In this document: in pieces, positions 29,243 to 38,581 of the stretch
How the letters are laid out: each line of letters starts with the position of its first letter
How positions within the stretch are numbered: position 1 is the stretch's first letter
Source: Deltaproteobacteria bacterium
Lineage (GTDB): Bacteria > Desulfobacterota > Binatia > UBA9968
Length of the DNA stretch: 64,000 nt
NCBI GenBank assembly: GCA_009692615.1
Contig: SHYW01000001.1
Span: forward strand, 14,348-78,347
Direction: 5' to 3'
Notes under the pieces: model-generated
Databases searched by the model: none
What the model was told of the DNA's origin: nothing
What the model saw: the letters and a program-made list of their open reading frames with translations, nothing else
Position numbers and translations under genes: made by a program

Positions 29243-30516
29243 GCGCTAGCCGTCGCTTGAGCCGGCTTCGGTTGCAACAAGGCAAAATAAAGCAGCGCGG
29301 TCAGCCAGCAGATCGCCATCAAAGCCCAGTAAAGCATCTGGTAACTTCGCGTGCGGTCGTAGACAATGCCGGCGAGCAGCGGCCCGAGGACGCTGCCCCA
29401 AGTGTAGAGAAAGCTCATGCTGCCGCGAATCTTGGCGAAGTTGTGCCGGCCGAAAAAATCGCCGACGGTGGCCCAAGTAGTCGGAAACAATCCTTCGAAG
29501 ACGCTGAACAGCAACAGCGCAATCCACAGCTGCCATAGCTGTCTGCCGTTGAACAAAAAATAAATCGCCACGCTGCCGAGCAGCATGAAGCCGGCCATCA
29601 AGCGCGGTTTGTCGAAGCGATCGCCGAGCCAGCCGATCAATAAATGCGTCGGCATGCCGCAGATGGCGATGACGCTCAAATAAAAAGCTCCTTCGGTTTC
29701 CGAGTAGCCTTTCCAAACCAGGATCGGCACGAAGTGGACCAGTACGGCACTGGAGCAAGCGGCGCGCAGGGTGGTGGCGACGGTCAGCAGCCAAAATTGA
29801 TGGGTGTGGAGCGTTTGGCTGAGCGACAGCTCGCGCGCGGCGGTTGCCGTGGCGGTGTCACGATTTTCTTTCGTTTCGTTGAAACGTGCGGTATCGCCGT
29901 CGGACAATAATCCCAGGCTTTCGGGTGAACGGTGAACGCAAAACGCCAGCGGTAAGCCGACGAGGAGAAAGGCGATGCCGGAACCGATGGACGCGCTGCG
30001 CCAACCCCAGCTGTGTACTGCGTAGGCGAGAAACGGCGTTAGCAGCGCGCCGCCGAGGGCTATGGATCCGCTGGTGATCGACATGGCCAAGGCGCGTTTG
30101 CGGATGAACCAAGTGTTGGCCAACGCCATCGTCGCGTCCATGAAACCGGCTTGGTAGGGGAGCGAGATGATGCCCATGTAGACGATCAGCAGCATGGTGT
30201 AACTGTGCACACCGGCCAAGAGCAGGTAGCCGACGCCGGCCAGCGCGATGGCGATGGCGATCACCGGACGCGGCCCGTAGCGGTCGATGCAGTAACCGGC
30301 GACCGGTCCTTCCAAGGCGCCTTGGGCGCGCGCCAGCGAGAAGACCAGCGATGTCGCGGTGCGCGTCAGGCCCAGTTCTTCAGTCACCGGCAAAAAAAAC
30401 ACCGAGATGCCGTAGGCGTGCAAGCCGCCGCCGAGCACGCGGATGGCACAGCTGACCGCGATCATACGCCAGCCGAAGTAGAGGCCGCGGAGTTTGTCGG
30501 GAATTGCTTGAAACAT
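29239..30516 (-). CDS. MFS transporter
   Basis: 12-TM MFS topology (GLYFGWRMIAVSCAI...GPVAGYCIDRYGPRPV). Tandem paralog of the upstream gene; 1-nt stop/start overlap (TGATG). Confidence 0.8.
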   Translation of the reverse strand: MFQAIPDKLRGLYFGWRMIAVSCAIRVLGGGLHAYGISVFFLPVTEELGLTRTATSLVFSLARAQGALEGPVAGYCIDRYGPRPVIAIAIALAGVGYLLLAGVHSYTMLLIVYMGIISLPYQAGFMDATMALANTWFIRKRALAMSITSGSIALGGALLTPFLAYAVHSWGWRSASIGSGIAFLLVGLPLAFCVHRSPESLGLLSDGDTARFNETKENRDTATATAARELSLSQTLHTHQFWLLTVATTLRAACSSAVLVHFVPILVWKGYSETEGAFYLSVIAICGMPTHLLIGWLGDRFDKPRLMAGFMLLGSVAIYFLFNGRQLWQLWIALLLFSVFEGLFPTTWATVGDFFGRHNFAKIRGSMSFLYTWGSVLGPLLAGIVYDRTRSYQMLYWALMAICWLTALLYFALLQPKPAQATASA

Positions 30517-31835
30517 CAGTGCGGTTTCGGAGGGCGCAGCGTGGCGTAGAGCAAACCCGCGGTGATGGCGACGGCGATGTAAGCCGACATCAGTGGCGCG
30601 TAACTTTGGTAGCGGTCATAGACATAACCGGTGATCACCGGACCGAGGGCTGGCCCCCAGAGATAGAAAAAACTCATGCTGCCGCGGATGGTGGCGAAAT
30701 GTTTGCGGCCGAAAAAATCTCCCACGGTCGCCCAGCTCACCGGGAACAAGGCTTCGACGAAGGTAAAGAGAATCGTGAACAGCCACAGTGTCCATTCACT
30801 TTCGCCGTAGGCCAAGATCGCCACGGCGCCGGCGCCGATGAACATGCAGATCGCCATCAACGTCGGTTTGTGCACGCGATCGGCGATCCAACCAACCAGC
30901 AAGTGGGATGGCAAACTCATCAGCGCCATGGTCGCGAGCATCGCCGCGGCGCGCGCCTCGCTGGCGCCGCGCCAGACCATGATCGGCACGAAGTGCACGG
31001 TGATCGAATTAAAGACGCCGACGCGGGTGGTCGTGGCGAGAACTAGTTTCCAGAAGGCGGCGGTTTTTAGCGCTTGTTTTAGGGTGAATTCGTTATCGGA
31101 TTCGAGTGCGTGTTCCTGATCGTGTTCGGAAATTGCTGGCGATTTATCTTTTGGTTCGGCTGGCGGGGCGCCGTCGGGGAGTAGGCCCATGGCTTCGGGG
31201 GAGCGCTTGACGTAGAGCGCTACGGGGATTCCCGCTAGGATCAGACAAGCGCCGGCGATGAAAGCGCCATGACGCCAACCCCAGGTTTGCACGGAGTAGG
31301 CGAGCAATGGCGTGATCAAAGTGCCGCCGATGCCGATGGAGCTGCTGATCAGCGTCATCGCCATGGCGCGGTGGCGGATGAACCAGGAATTCGCCAAGAC
31401 CATCGGCGAGTGCATGAAGCCGGCGGAGAAGGCCAGGGAGATGACACACAGATAGATTGTCAGTAGGGCGGTGTAATTCTGCACGGTGGCAAGCAGCATG
31501 TAGCCCAAGCCCGAGAGCAAAATGCCGGCGAGCATCATCGGCCGGGGCCCGAAGCGATCGATGACATAACCGGCTAGCGGCCCCTCGATGGCGCCTTCGG
31601 CGCGGGCCAAGGAAAAAACTAACGAGGTCTGGGCGCGCGATAAACCTAGTTCATTGGTGATCGGCAGAAAGAAAATCGTGAAGCCGTAAAGATGAAAGCC
31701 ACCGCCGAGCATGCGGATCGCCGAACCGGCGGCAACCATGCGCCAGCCGTAAAAAAGGCCGTTGAGCTGTGCGGTGAGTTTGCTGGTCATCGGTGTATCG
31801 GTAGGGAAAGTTCCAGCGAGGCGAATTCTTTTCAA
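30516..31835 (-). CDS. MFS transporter (tandem paralog)
   Basis: Shares the same MFS N-terminal block (GWRM..GGG.H.YG...FFLP...ELGL.R...SLVFSLARA.GA.EGP.AGY.IDR.GPRP) with 29239..30516. Confidence 0.8.
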   Translation of the reverse strand: MKRIRLAGTFPTDTPMTSKLTAQLNGLFYGWRMVAAGSAIRMLGGGFHLYGFTIFFLPITNELGLSRAQTSLVFSLARAEGAIEGPLAGYVIDRFGPRPMMLAGILLSGLGYMLLATVQNYTALLTIYLCVISLAFSAGFMHSPMVLANSWFIRHRAMAMTLISSSIGIGGTLITPLLAYSVQTWGWRHGAFIAGACLILAGIPVALYVKRSPEAMGLLPDGAPPAEPKDKSPAISEHDQEHALESDNEFTLKQALKTAAFWKLVLATTTRVGVFNSITVHFVPIMVWRGASEARAAAMLATMALMSLPSHLLVGWIADRVHKPTLMAICMFIGAGAVAILAYGESEWTLWLFTILFTFVEALFPVSWATVGDFFGRKHFATIRGSMSFFYLWGPALGPVITGYVYDRYQSYAPLMSAYIAVAITAGLLYATLRPPKPH

Positions 31836-31941
31836 CCTATCCGAGGGAGGCGAAGTCTGTCAACGCGGTCTGCGAAAATCGCTGATAGCCGCGTTTCTGG
31901 GTTGTCGTTGGGTGAACGCACGAATGTCGCTGGGGGATTTT

Positions 31942-32017
31942 TTCACCACAGAGCACACAGAGAACACAGAGTTCGGAAAAGTATTTTCTCTGTGATCTCT
32001 GTGTGCTCTGTGGTGAA
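31942..32017. repeat. Hairpin element with CACAGAG-octamer stems and GTTCGGAAAA loop
   Basis: TTCACCACAGAGCACACAGAGAACACAGAG - TTCGGAAAAGTATTTT - CTCTGTGATCTCTGTGTGCTCTGTGGTGAA. The 30-bp stem has 1 mismatch. Between the MFS gene and the M24 peptidase gene. Confidence 0.75.
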
Positions 32018-32195
32018 TCAATCTTCGTTTTGAGACTAGATCCCTCACGTTCGTTCGGGATGACAATCTGGATAATGGCTTGCACCCCAGGTTGTCATTT
32101 CGACCGTAGGGAGAAATCTGTCCGGCTCCGGTGCGCTCGCCGTCATTCCCGTGTAAACGGCAATCAAGGTTCGTTTCTGGCAAAAAAGCTAAACT

Positions 32196-33350
32196 TTATC
32201 CCTTGCAGGTCACCCACTGGCGCGGGTAAGCGTTCAAACTTTCGCAGCCATATTTTTTTATCACCAGAGTTTCGCCGAATTGCAGGCCCATCTTTTCGTC
32301 GTAGGTCATGAGATTGGGCTGGATGACGATCACCATGTTCTCGCGAAAGGTGATCTCGCGCGAGTCGTGGCGCTTGCGGGATTTGGTTTGAAAGATCGGC
32401 GGATATTGATTGACGCCGTGGACTAGATCGTCGTAGGTGCTGTAGCCGCGCTGGTGAATGATCTCCGCCGCTTCTTCGGCTTCGGTGGTGGTCGCGCCGT
32501 CCTTGATTACCTTCGACAAAATGTCGAAGGCTTCCATCGCTGCGTCGTGCATTTTTTGCCAATTCGGCGTGGGGCCCTCGCCGATGGAAAAGGTTCGGTG
32601 GATCTGGCCGCTGTAGCCGGAGTAGGCGCCGCTGATCTCGCTGATCAAGGCGTCGCCTTTTTGCAGCTTGCGATTGGAATGGAACTGGGATGGCACGCAG
32701 AAGTCCGGGTTCGCCATCGGCATGCTGCTGATGAAATGAATCCCGGCGTAGCCGCCGGCTTTTAGATAAACCGGTTCGATGATCGCGGGAATTTCATCTT
32801 CGCGCAGGCCGGCGTGCAAGCCTTCGGCCAGCGCTTGGATCGATTGGTCGGTGAGCTTAGAGGCGGTGCGGATGCGTGCGATTTCGTCGTCGCTCTTGAT
32901 CGTCCGCATCATGCGCAGCTTGCCGCCTAGTTCGACAAAAGTCGCGTTGGGATATTTTTCGCGCAGCCGATTGAAGACCTGATAGGAGATCGATCCGACC
33001 AGGCCGATCTTTTTTCCTTCCAGGCCGCGCTCGGCGATTAATTCGACGACGCTGTTCGTAGTATTCGCGCCGGCCCAGCGCAGGTCGGGAATCCACGACA
33101 TCACCTTCGCCATTGGGTAGTGATTGAACAGCTGCATCAAGATCACCGGTGGCTTGCCGGTTTGCATAAGCAGATAAGCTTCCCGGCTGCTCGGCCAATC
33201 GCTCAGCCAATAAATGTCGGAGGAATAACGCCCGCTGCCGTAAATCACGGCGGCATCAACGCCTTCCTGTTCCATGAGAGCATAGAAAGCGCGATGGCGG
33301 CGATTCAGTTCGGCGTCGGAAAATGTCGGATAGTCGGATCGTTGGCGCAT
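32196..33350 (-). CDS. M24 family metallopeptidase (creatinase/Xaa-Pro dipeptidase-like)
   Basis: N-terminal creatinase_N domain plus C-terminal pita-bread fold with metal ligands (..HGVNQ.. ..ENMVIVIQP..). Confidence 0.8.
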   Translation of the reverse strand: MRQRSDYPTFSDAELNRRHRAFYALMEQEGVDAAVIYGSGRYSSDIYWLSDWPSSREAYLLMQTGKPPVILMQLFNHYPMAKVMSWIPDLRWAGANTTNSVVELIAERGLEGKKIGLVGSISYQVFNRLREKYPNATFVELGGKLRMMRTIKSDDEIARIRTASKLTDQSIQALAEGLHAGLREDEIPAIIEPVYLKAGGYAGIHFISSMPMANPDFCVPSQFHSNRKLQKGDALISEISGAYSGYSGQIHRTFSIGEGPTPNWQKMHDAAMEAFDILSKVIKDGATTTEAEEAAEIIHQRGYSTYDDLVHGVNQYPPIFQTKSRKRHDSREITFRENMVIVIQPNLMTYDEKMGLQFGETLVIKKYGCESLNAYPRQWVTCKG

Positions 33351-33418
33351 AGTTAAGAACTCCTAATGTGAATTGTCAGTTGGGCCGCGGCGATTTCGCG
33401 ATCGGCGGTTGCTTCGGT

Positions 33419-34126
33419 CTAGGCCAGCAGTCGGCCGTAGCCGGGAATGGGAATTTTCATGCCCAGGGTCTGCAGCACCCACCACAAGGCCGCCGCCGTC
33501 GAAGCAACGACCGGCCGGCCGGTGTCATCTTCCAGTTGCTGTACATAGCCGACGGTGCGCCAGCGGCCTTGGAGCACGAGACTATCGACATCGGGGTTTT
33601 GGCGAAACAGTTCGCGGGCGACTTTGTAGGATGCGTAGTCCGGCAGTTTTACTTGATCCACCGGCTTTGAAACTTCGAGTCCTTTGATCGCCCTTACTTG
33701 GACGCCGCCGTCGTCATAATATTTTTTGACCGCTTGGTTGATCGAATCTTTATAAGCCGTGACAATCACGGTGCTTTTAACTTGCAAATATTTCAGCGCC
33801 GCGGCCGTGGCGCCCATCGCCGTGCTGACTGGCAAGCCGACTTGGCGCGAAAGTTGGTCGACCACTTCCTGCTCTGCGGCGAAGCCGCGCTGAGTGCCCA
33901 GCGTGATGCCGCCCATCAAAATGACGTCGCATTCTTCAGCCTTGAAAATTCCCAAGCCGGCGCTTAGGGCGTCGATCGCCTTGTTAAATTCGCTTTCGGT
34001 GTGCGACTGAACGTTCAGTCCCGACGAAACGATGGTGAAGCCTTCGGGAAGGATCAAATCCCAATCCGAGGGGGTTTCGAAAACCGAGGGAGAGAGATAG
34101 CCGATGCGTGCTTTCCAACCGGACAT
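33419..34126 (-). CDS. Asp/Glu/hydantoin racemase superfamily protein (maleate isomerase / arylmalonate decarboxylase-like)
   Basis: ~235 aa. IGYLSPS start, two Cys-containing half-domains (VILMGG..TLG; TVIVTAY). Resembles maleate cis-trans isomerase family. Confidence 0.65.
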   Translation of the reverse strand: MSGWKARIGYLSPSVFETPSDWDLILPEGFTIVSSGLNVQSHTESEFNKAIDALSAGLGIFKAEECDVILMGGITLGTQRGFAAEQEVVDQLSRQVGLPVSTAMGATAAALKYLQVKSTVIVTAYKDSINQAVKKYYDDGGVQVRAIKGLEVSKPVDQVKLPDYASYKVARELFRQNPDVDSLVLQGRWRTVGYVQQLEDDTGRPVVASTAAALWWVLQTLGMKIPIPGYGRLLA

Positions 34127-34344
34127 GGAGCCTCCTTAACTGCTGTGAACTTTTCTTATCTCAAGCTGGTGGCGATGGGAAGCTTTGGCAAGCGTTTTGA
34201 CCCGCGTCGCGGCAAATCAAGAGACATCGCTGAAATAAAATGTTATCCTTACGTCTAATCGATAACCACCCCGGCCAAGGTGTCGGCAATAATGAAAGGG
34301 ATAACCTGGAGTACCAGCTAGAGCTTATGAATCTTAAAGCAGAA

Positions 34345-35487
34345 ATGAATTCGATTAAATTTCTTCAATGGCTTCGTTTGAGTGTCGTAGTCGGGTTGCT
34401 GCTGGCCGGTCGGGACAGCCAAGCGGCGGGCACAGAGCCACAAGAGTTTAACCGGCGTGCCACGGCCACGGCGCAGTTGCTGGCCGGCATCATGCCCAAT
34501 CCTCCTGAGCCTGCGTTCAATCGCTTTACCGAACTCGATGCTTGGAAAGAGCATCAAAAATGGATGACCAGTCAATGGGCTTTGGTGCGCGGCCGGCTCA
34601 ATACCATGGAAACGTGGCGCGACCACGAAGTGAAAGTCACCGGCGCTGCGAAAAAGACCATGCTCTACCCGTTCAGCGGCCCGGACTTTATCAATGCCTA
34701 TGCGCTGTTTCCCGATCACGCGCGCTATGTGTTTTTCAGTTTGGAGCGGCCCGGCGCGCTGCCCGACATGGAATCGGTAACCACGGTGCAGTTTATTAAA
34801 CTACTAACCGACGTGCGCGGCGCCTTTCGCGACATCTTCGAGCGTAATTATTTTATTACCTCCTACATGACCAAGCAGCTGACCACGCCGTGGGTGCGCG
34901 GCACGGTGCCGGTGATGGCGACCATGATGGCGTTGATGAACCGGCGCATCGTGCGCATCGAACCCATCGATTTATTTCCCGAGTTGAACCGTGCCTACGA
35001 CACTCCAGACGCCAAGCGGCCGCGCTTGTTGCTGCGCGGCGTGCGCGTCGACTTCGCCAACCCGGCCGCGGCCGGAATTCAGCAGCTTTATTATTTTTCC
35101 TTGGACGCCACGGATAAAGCGCTCGATTATTATCCCGAGTTTCTCAATTGGGTCGGCCAGTACAAACCGGCCACCGCGCTGATCAAGTCGGCATCCTACC
35201 TGTTACATGATGGCCAGTTCGCCAAGACTCGGGCGACGATTTTGGAATCAGCCGATTTAGTCGTGCAGGACGATACCGGGATACCTTACCGCTTTTTGAA
35301 TCAAGCGCCCTGGCATGTGAAGTTGTTCGGCAGGTACAGCAAGCCGATTCGGCCGATGGAATACGCCTATCAAAAAGATCTCGAAAGCGCGTTCAAGGCC
35401 GCTCCCGACCAAGCCGACTTGCCGTTCCCGTTCGGCTATCATTGGCGCAGCAAACAATCGGCTTTGATGTTGGCCCATCGTCAGTAA
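34345..35487 (+). CDS. Hypothetical secreted protein (signal peptide, ~380 aa, no recognised domain)
   Basis: N-terminal MNSIKFLQWLRLSVVVGLLLAG signal. No family recognised from sequence. The ORF-track start at 34240 is probably upstream of the true start. Confidence 0.5.
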   Translation: MNSIKFLQWLRLSVVVGLLLAGRDSQAAGTEPQEFNRRATATAQLLAGIMPNPPEPAFNRFTELDAWKEHQKWMTSQWALVRGRLNTMETWRDHEVKVTGAAKKTMLYPFSGPDFINAYALFPDHARYVFFSLERPGALPDMESVTTVQFIKLLTDVRGAFRDIFERNYFITSYMTKQLTTPWVRGTVPVMATMMALMNRRIVRIEPIDLFPELNRAYDTPDAKRPRLLLRGVRVDFANPAAAGIQQLYYFSLDATDKALDYYPEFLNWVGQYKPATALIKSASYLLHDGQFAKTRATILESADLVVQDDTGIPYRFLNQAPWHVKLFGRYSKPIRPMEYAYQKDLESAFKAAPDQADLPFPFGYHWRSKQSALMLAHRQ

Positions 35488-35491
35488 TCGA

Positions 35492-36358
35492 GTGAGAGCT
35501 TCGCCGGCGCTTTTCCTGATCGGAGCTTGTCTCGCCCTTATGGCGCAAAGCTGTGCCACGCAAATCTCTCGACGCACCTTTCAAACCAGCGACGGCGTGA
35601 CGCTATCGCTGCTTGAAGCCGGTTCGCAACACACGAAGGATTCCAATATCACCATCGCGCTGATCACCGGCTGGTCCATGCCGGCGGCGATCTGGCAAAA
35701 TCAAATCGAACATTTTAGCCGGCGGTATCACACCCTGGCGCTTGACCCGCGCGGCCAAGGCGAGTCGGAAGTGCCGGCGGCTGGTTTCACCGCGGAGCGG
35801 CGCGCCGCCGACTTACAAGAATTTCTTGCGCCATTAAAAAACGTCTTGCTGGTCGGCTGGTCGCTCGGCGCCATCGAGTCGCTGCAATACCTTCACATGT
35901 TCGGCGCCGAACGGCTGGCCGGTCTAGTATTGGTCGACAGTTCGGTGGGCGAAGAACCGGCGCCGGCGCCGGGCGGGACTTTTTTACAGGCGCTGCGCGA
36001 CGAGCGCGACAAAACTCTCGACGGGTTTGTCCGAGCGATTTTCAAGAAACCGTTGAGCGAAGATGAAGTCGCGCGTTTAATCGGCGGCGCCAAGCGCATG
36101 CCGGTGGAAAGCAGTATCGCGCTGTTGTCCTATCCGTTTCCGCGCACACACTGGAAAGAAATCGCCCACGCATTTAAAAAGCCGCTGCTTTATGTGGTAA
36201 CGCCGCAGTTTGAAGAGCAGGCGCAAAACCTGCAGAAGAACCGGCCTGGGACGCAGGTAGAAGTTTTCAAAGACGCCGGCCACACTTTGTTCGTCGATGA
36301 AGCGGAGCGTTTCAACGCGCTGATTGAGAAATTCGCTGCATCGCTGTCGCGCCGTTAA
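35492..36358 (+). CDS. Alpha/beta hydrolase fold protein (secreted)
   Basis: Signal peptide. Nucleophile elbow GWSLG. Asp/His in C-terminal half. Confidence 0.8.
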   Translation: MRASPALFLIGACLALMAQSCATQISRRTFQTSDGVTLSLLEAGSQHTKDSNITIALITGWSMPAAIWQNQIEHFSRRYHTLALDPRGQGESEVPAAGFTAERRAADLQEFLAPLKNVLLVGWSLGAIESLQYLHMFGAERLAGLVLVDSSVGEEPAPAPGGTFLQALRDERDKTLDGFVRAIFKKPLSEDEVARLIGGAKRMPVESSIALLSYPFPRTHWKEIAHAFKKPLLYVVTPQFEEQAQNLQKNRPGTQVEVFKDAGHTLFVDEAERFNALIEKFAASLSRR

Positions 36359-36452
36359 TCTCTAGCTTTCACCTTCCAGACCCTTTAGGGTCGGCACCTG
36401 TACGAGCTGACAAGAAGAGTTAGCGCTAGCGGACCAAGGTGAGGCAACTAAT

Positions 36453-37037
36453 ATGGTCAAATTATTTTGTCCGAACATCGTTGCCCGATTAACTTTTTTG
36501 ATTGTCTTCGCGACCACTTTCGCAGGCTGTCAGGATAAGTGGAAGGCACCCTGGCGACTAGATTCAAAGTACTCAGACTATCTGACAACAATGGCATGGG
36601 ATTATAAAATGATTGCAGGGCACGGCAGTGCTAACACGGTTGATGGCATGCTTATCTATAAGATAGGAGATAAAATTCCAAATGGGGCGAATCGAATTTT
36701 TAGTCTTGAAGAACTTTTTGAGCGGGACATTCTATATGAGAGCCGTGACAAGGAATTCATCCGAAAGTTTTTGGAAGCCGCGCAAGACGAAGTCAAGCCT
36801 ACGCCTACTGAAGCATGCCAAATTGATTGGAACGAAGCATCTTTACATGTGATTCTACTCGACAATACGTTTATGAGAGCAGGTTATTTCATATTTAGGA
36901 CATGTAAAAATGCGGACAACGGAACTGTGTTTACCATGCGCTTTACTCATTATCGCACAAAGTCGTTAGTTCCACTGATAAGGGCAATCGACCCTGTGCT
37001 GCATCACGATCCGCAGTTGCCATTATCCACGCGTTAG
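36453..37037 (+). CDS. Hypothetical lipoprotein encoded in a low-GC islet
   Basis: Lipobox FATTFAGC. The gene is ~45% GC against ~62% for neighbours. No recognisable domain. Confidence 0.5.
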   Translation: MVKLFCPNIVARLTFLIVFATTFAGCQDKWKAPWRLDSKYSDYLTTMAWDYKMIAGHGSANTVDGMLIYKIGDKIPNGANRIFSLEELFERDILYESRDKEFIRKFLEAAQDEVKPTPTEACQIDWNEASLHVILLDNTFMRAGYFIFRTCKNADNGTVFTMRFTHYRTKSLVPLIRAIDPVLHHDPQLPLSTR

Positions 37038-37039
37038 CT

Positions 37040-37290
37040 CGGGAACTGGTCGAAAGATTTTTCGCCCCTATAATAACTCCTTCGTCTGCTTCGTATCTTC
37101 CTGGTGAAATCTACGGCTCGCGGAACAGCCTTCGTAGGATGTGGCGACCGCAGGGAGCCGCATCGTCGGTAAATCGCGCGTGCTCGATGCGGTTCGCGGA
37201 CTCACCGCATCCTACGAGAATCCCTGCGTGTTCTTCGTGCCTTCGTGGTGAAATATGCCGTTGTCGAACGCTACGGTTCGCCGAACAGCC
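37040..37290. repeat. Complex repeat region: CTTCGTG-octamer tracts, internal hairpin, and direct duplication of the amidohydrolase gene 3' end
   Basis: A ~50 bp direct repeat (..CTTCGT..GGTGAAAT..CTACGG.TCGC.GAACAGCC) at ~37072-37122 and ~37222-37285 flanks an inverted repeat (CCTTCGTAGGATG ... CATCCTACGAG). The second copy overlaps the stop region of gene 37271..38434. Confidence 0.6.
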
Positions 37291-38434
37291 GCACGGTGTT
37301 GTCGTAGAGCAGTTTTTGCTTTTGCCTTTCGGTCAGATCCTGCCGTTCGAGGATTTCCAACGCGGCGTTGTCTCTGCCTTCGCCGTGGGGGAAATCGGAG
37401 GAGAACAGGACGTGGTCTTCGCCGATCAATTCGAAGAGCAAGTGGAGCATGCGATCGTCGGCTTCGGCGGCCATGAAGATTCTCCCCGACTTCACATATT
37501 CGCGAATGCTCGCCCGCGGCAGTTCGCCGGCGTTGGGCATGCTCAGGCCAAACGGGTGAGCGCCGCGGTCGAGGGGCAAGTAATGATCCATGCGCGAGAC
37601 CATGTAGAAAATCCATTCGGCGCCGAATTCGAGAAACGCGACTTTCAAATCCTGATAGCGGTCGAGCAAGCGGTGGCCGACGATGGCCATGAAGGCCAAC
37701 TGTGCAGGTAGCGACATGCCGATGATGTGGCAGTCGTAAATGCTCCGTCCCAACTGCGCCAGCGGCGGATAGCTCATGCCCATGTGCACGCAGAGCGGCA
37801 GCTTCGTACGCGCGAACTTATCCCAGATCGGCAGAAAACTCGGATCGGAAAGCAGCCGTTCGCCGGCGGTGCCGAAGACCACGGCTGCTCTGGCGCCGAG
37901 CCGCTGCATCTCTTCGATAGCGGCCAAGGCTTCGCGCGGCTCGCGCAGCGGTAATAAGCCCGACCATTTAAGCCAGGTCGGATTGGCCGCGCATTGTTTG
38001 GCGATGTAGCGATTGTAAGCGCGAAACAACGCGGCCTCGAATTCCGCATCGCTGGTCATATGCGCATAAAGCGTGCTGGGAAACAACATCTGAGCGTCGA
38101 AGCCCATGCGCTCCATGTCGGCCAGCCGCGCCTGGGGATCGTTGAGCGTCATGCTGCCGACCGAACAGTGCTCGCGCTTCATATCGGCGCCGAATTCGCT
38201 CAGCACGTTGCGCGGCGTGTTCGCCTGCTGGGCGCCGGGACCAAGCGCGTGGGGTTCGAGCGACCCTTCGATCAACCAACCGGCGTTGAAATTTCCCAAA
38301 CCGGTTTCGTCGTGCACCGTCACCGGCCGCGGCCGGCGCGCACGAAACTGTTCGGGGAGGTCCTCCCACATACGCGGATTGATCGAGCCATGGGCGTCGG
38401 CGTCAAATACTCGGTAGCCTTGAAGCATAATCAA
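37271..38434 (-). CDS. Amidohydrolase family protein (amidohydrolase_2, PF04909)
   Basis: TIM-barrel metal-dependent hydrolase pattern (DADAHG..., HMGMSYP, FSSDFPHGEG). Paralog of 40836..41864. Confidence 0.8.
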   Translation of the reverse strand: MIMLQGYRVFDADAHGSINPRMWEDLPEQFRARRPRPVTVHDETGLGNFNAGWLIEGSLEPHALGPGAQQANTPRNVLSEFGADMKREHCSVGSMTLNDPQARLADMERMGFDAQMLFPSTLYAHMTSDAEFEAALFRAYNRYIAKQCAANPTWLKWSGLLPLREPREALAAIEEMQRLGARAAVVFGTAGERLLSDPSFLPIWDKFARTKLPLCVHMGMSYPPLAQLGRSIYDCHIIGMSLPAQLAFMAIVGHRLLDRYQDLKVAFLEFGAEWIFYMVSRMDHYLPLDRGAHPFGLSMPNAGELPRASIREYVKSGRIFMAAEADDRMLHLLFELIGEDHVLFSSDFPHGEGRDNAALEILERQDLTERQKQKLLYDNTVRLFGEP

Positions 38435-38480
38435 ATTTTCCTTTTCAAGTGTTTCATCGGTGCCATGTTCAAATTGTTTT

Positions 38481-38564
38481 GTTCACCACGAAGCGCACGA
38501 AGGACACGAAGGGTTCGGATAATTTAATCTTCAACCTTCGTGATCTTCGTGTCCTTCGTGGTGA
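38481..38564. repeat. Hairpin element with CACGAAG-octamer stems and GTTCGGATA loop
   Basis: TTCACCACGAAGCGCACGAAGGACACGAAGG - GTTCGGATAATTTAATCTTCAA - CCTTCGTGATCTTCGTGTCCTTCGTGGTGAA. Between the amidohydrolase gene and the SBP pseudogene. Confidence 0.75.
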
Positions 38565-38581
38565 ATATCCTGTCTCATCGT

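Noticed and set aside
31942-38564. Octamer tandem tracts as CRISPR arrays
   Set aside because: Units are 7-8 nt with no spacers, arranged as inverted stems around a loop. No cas genes are present.
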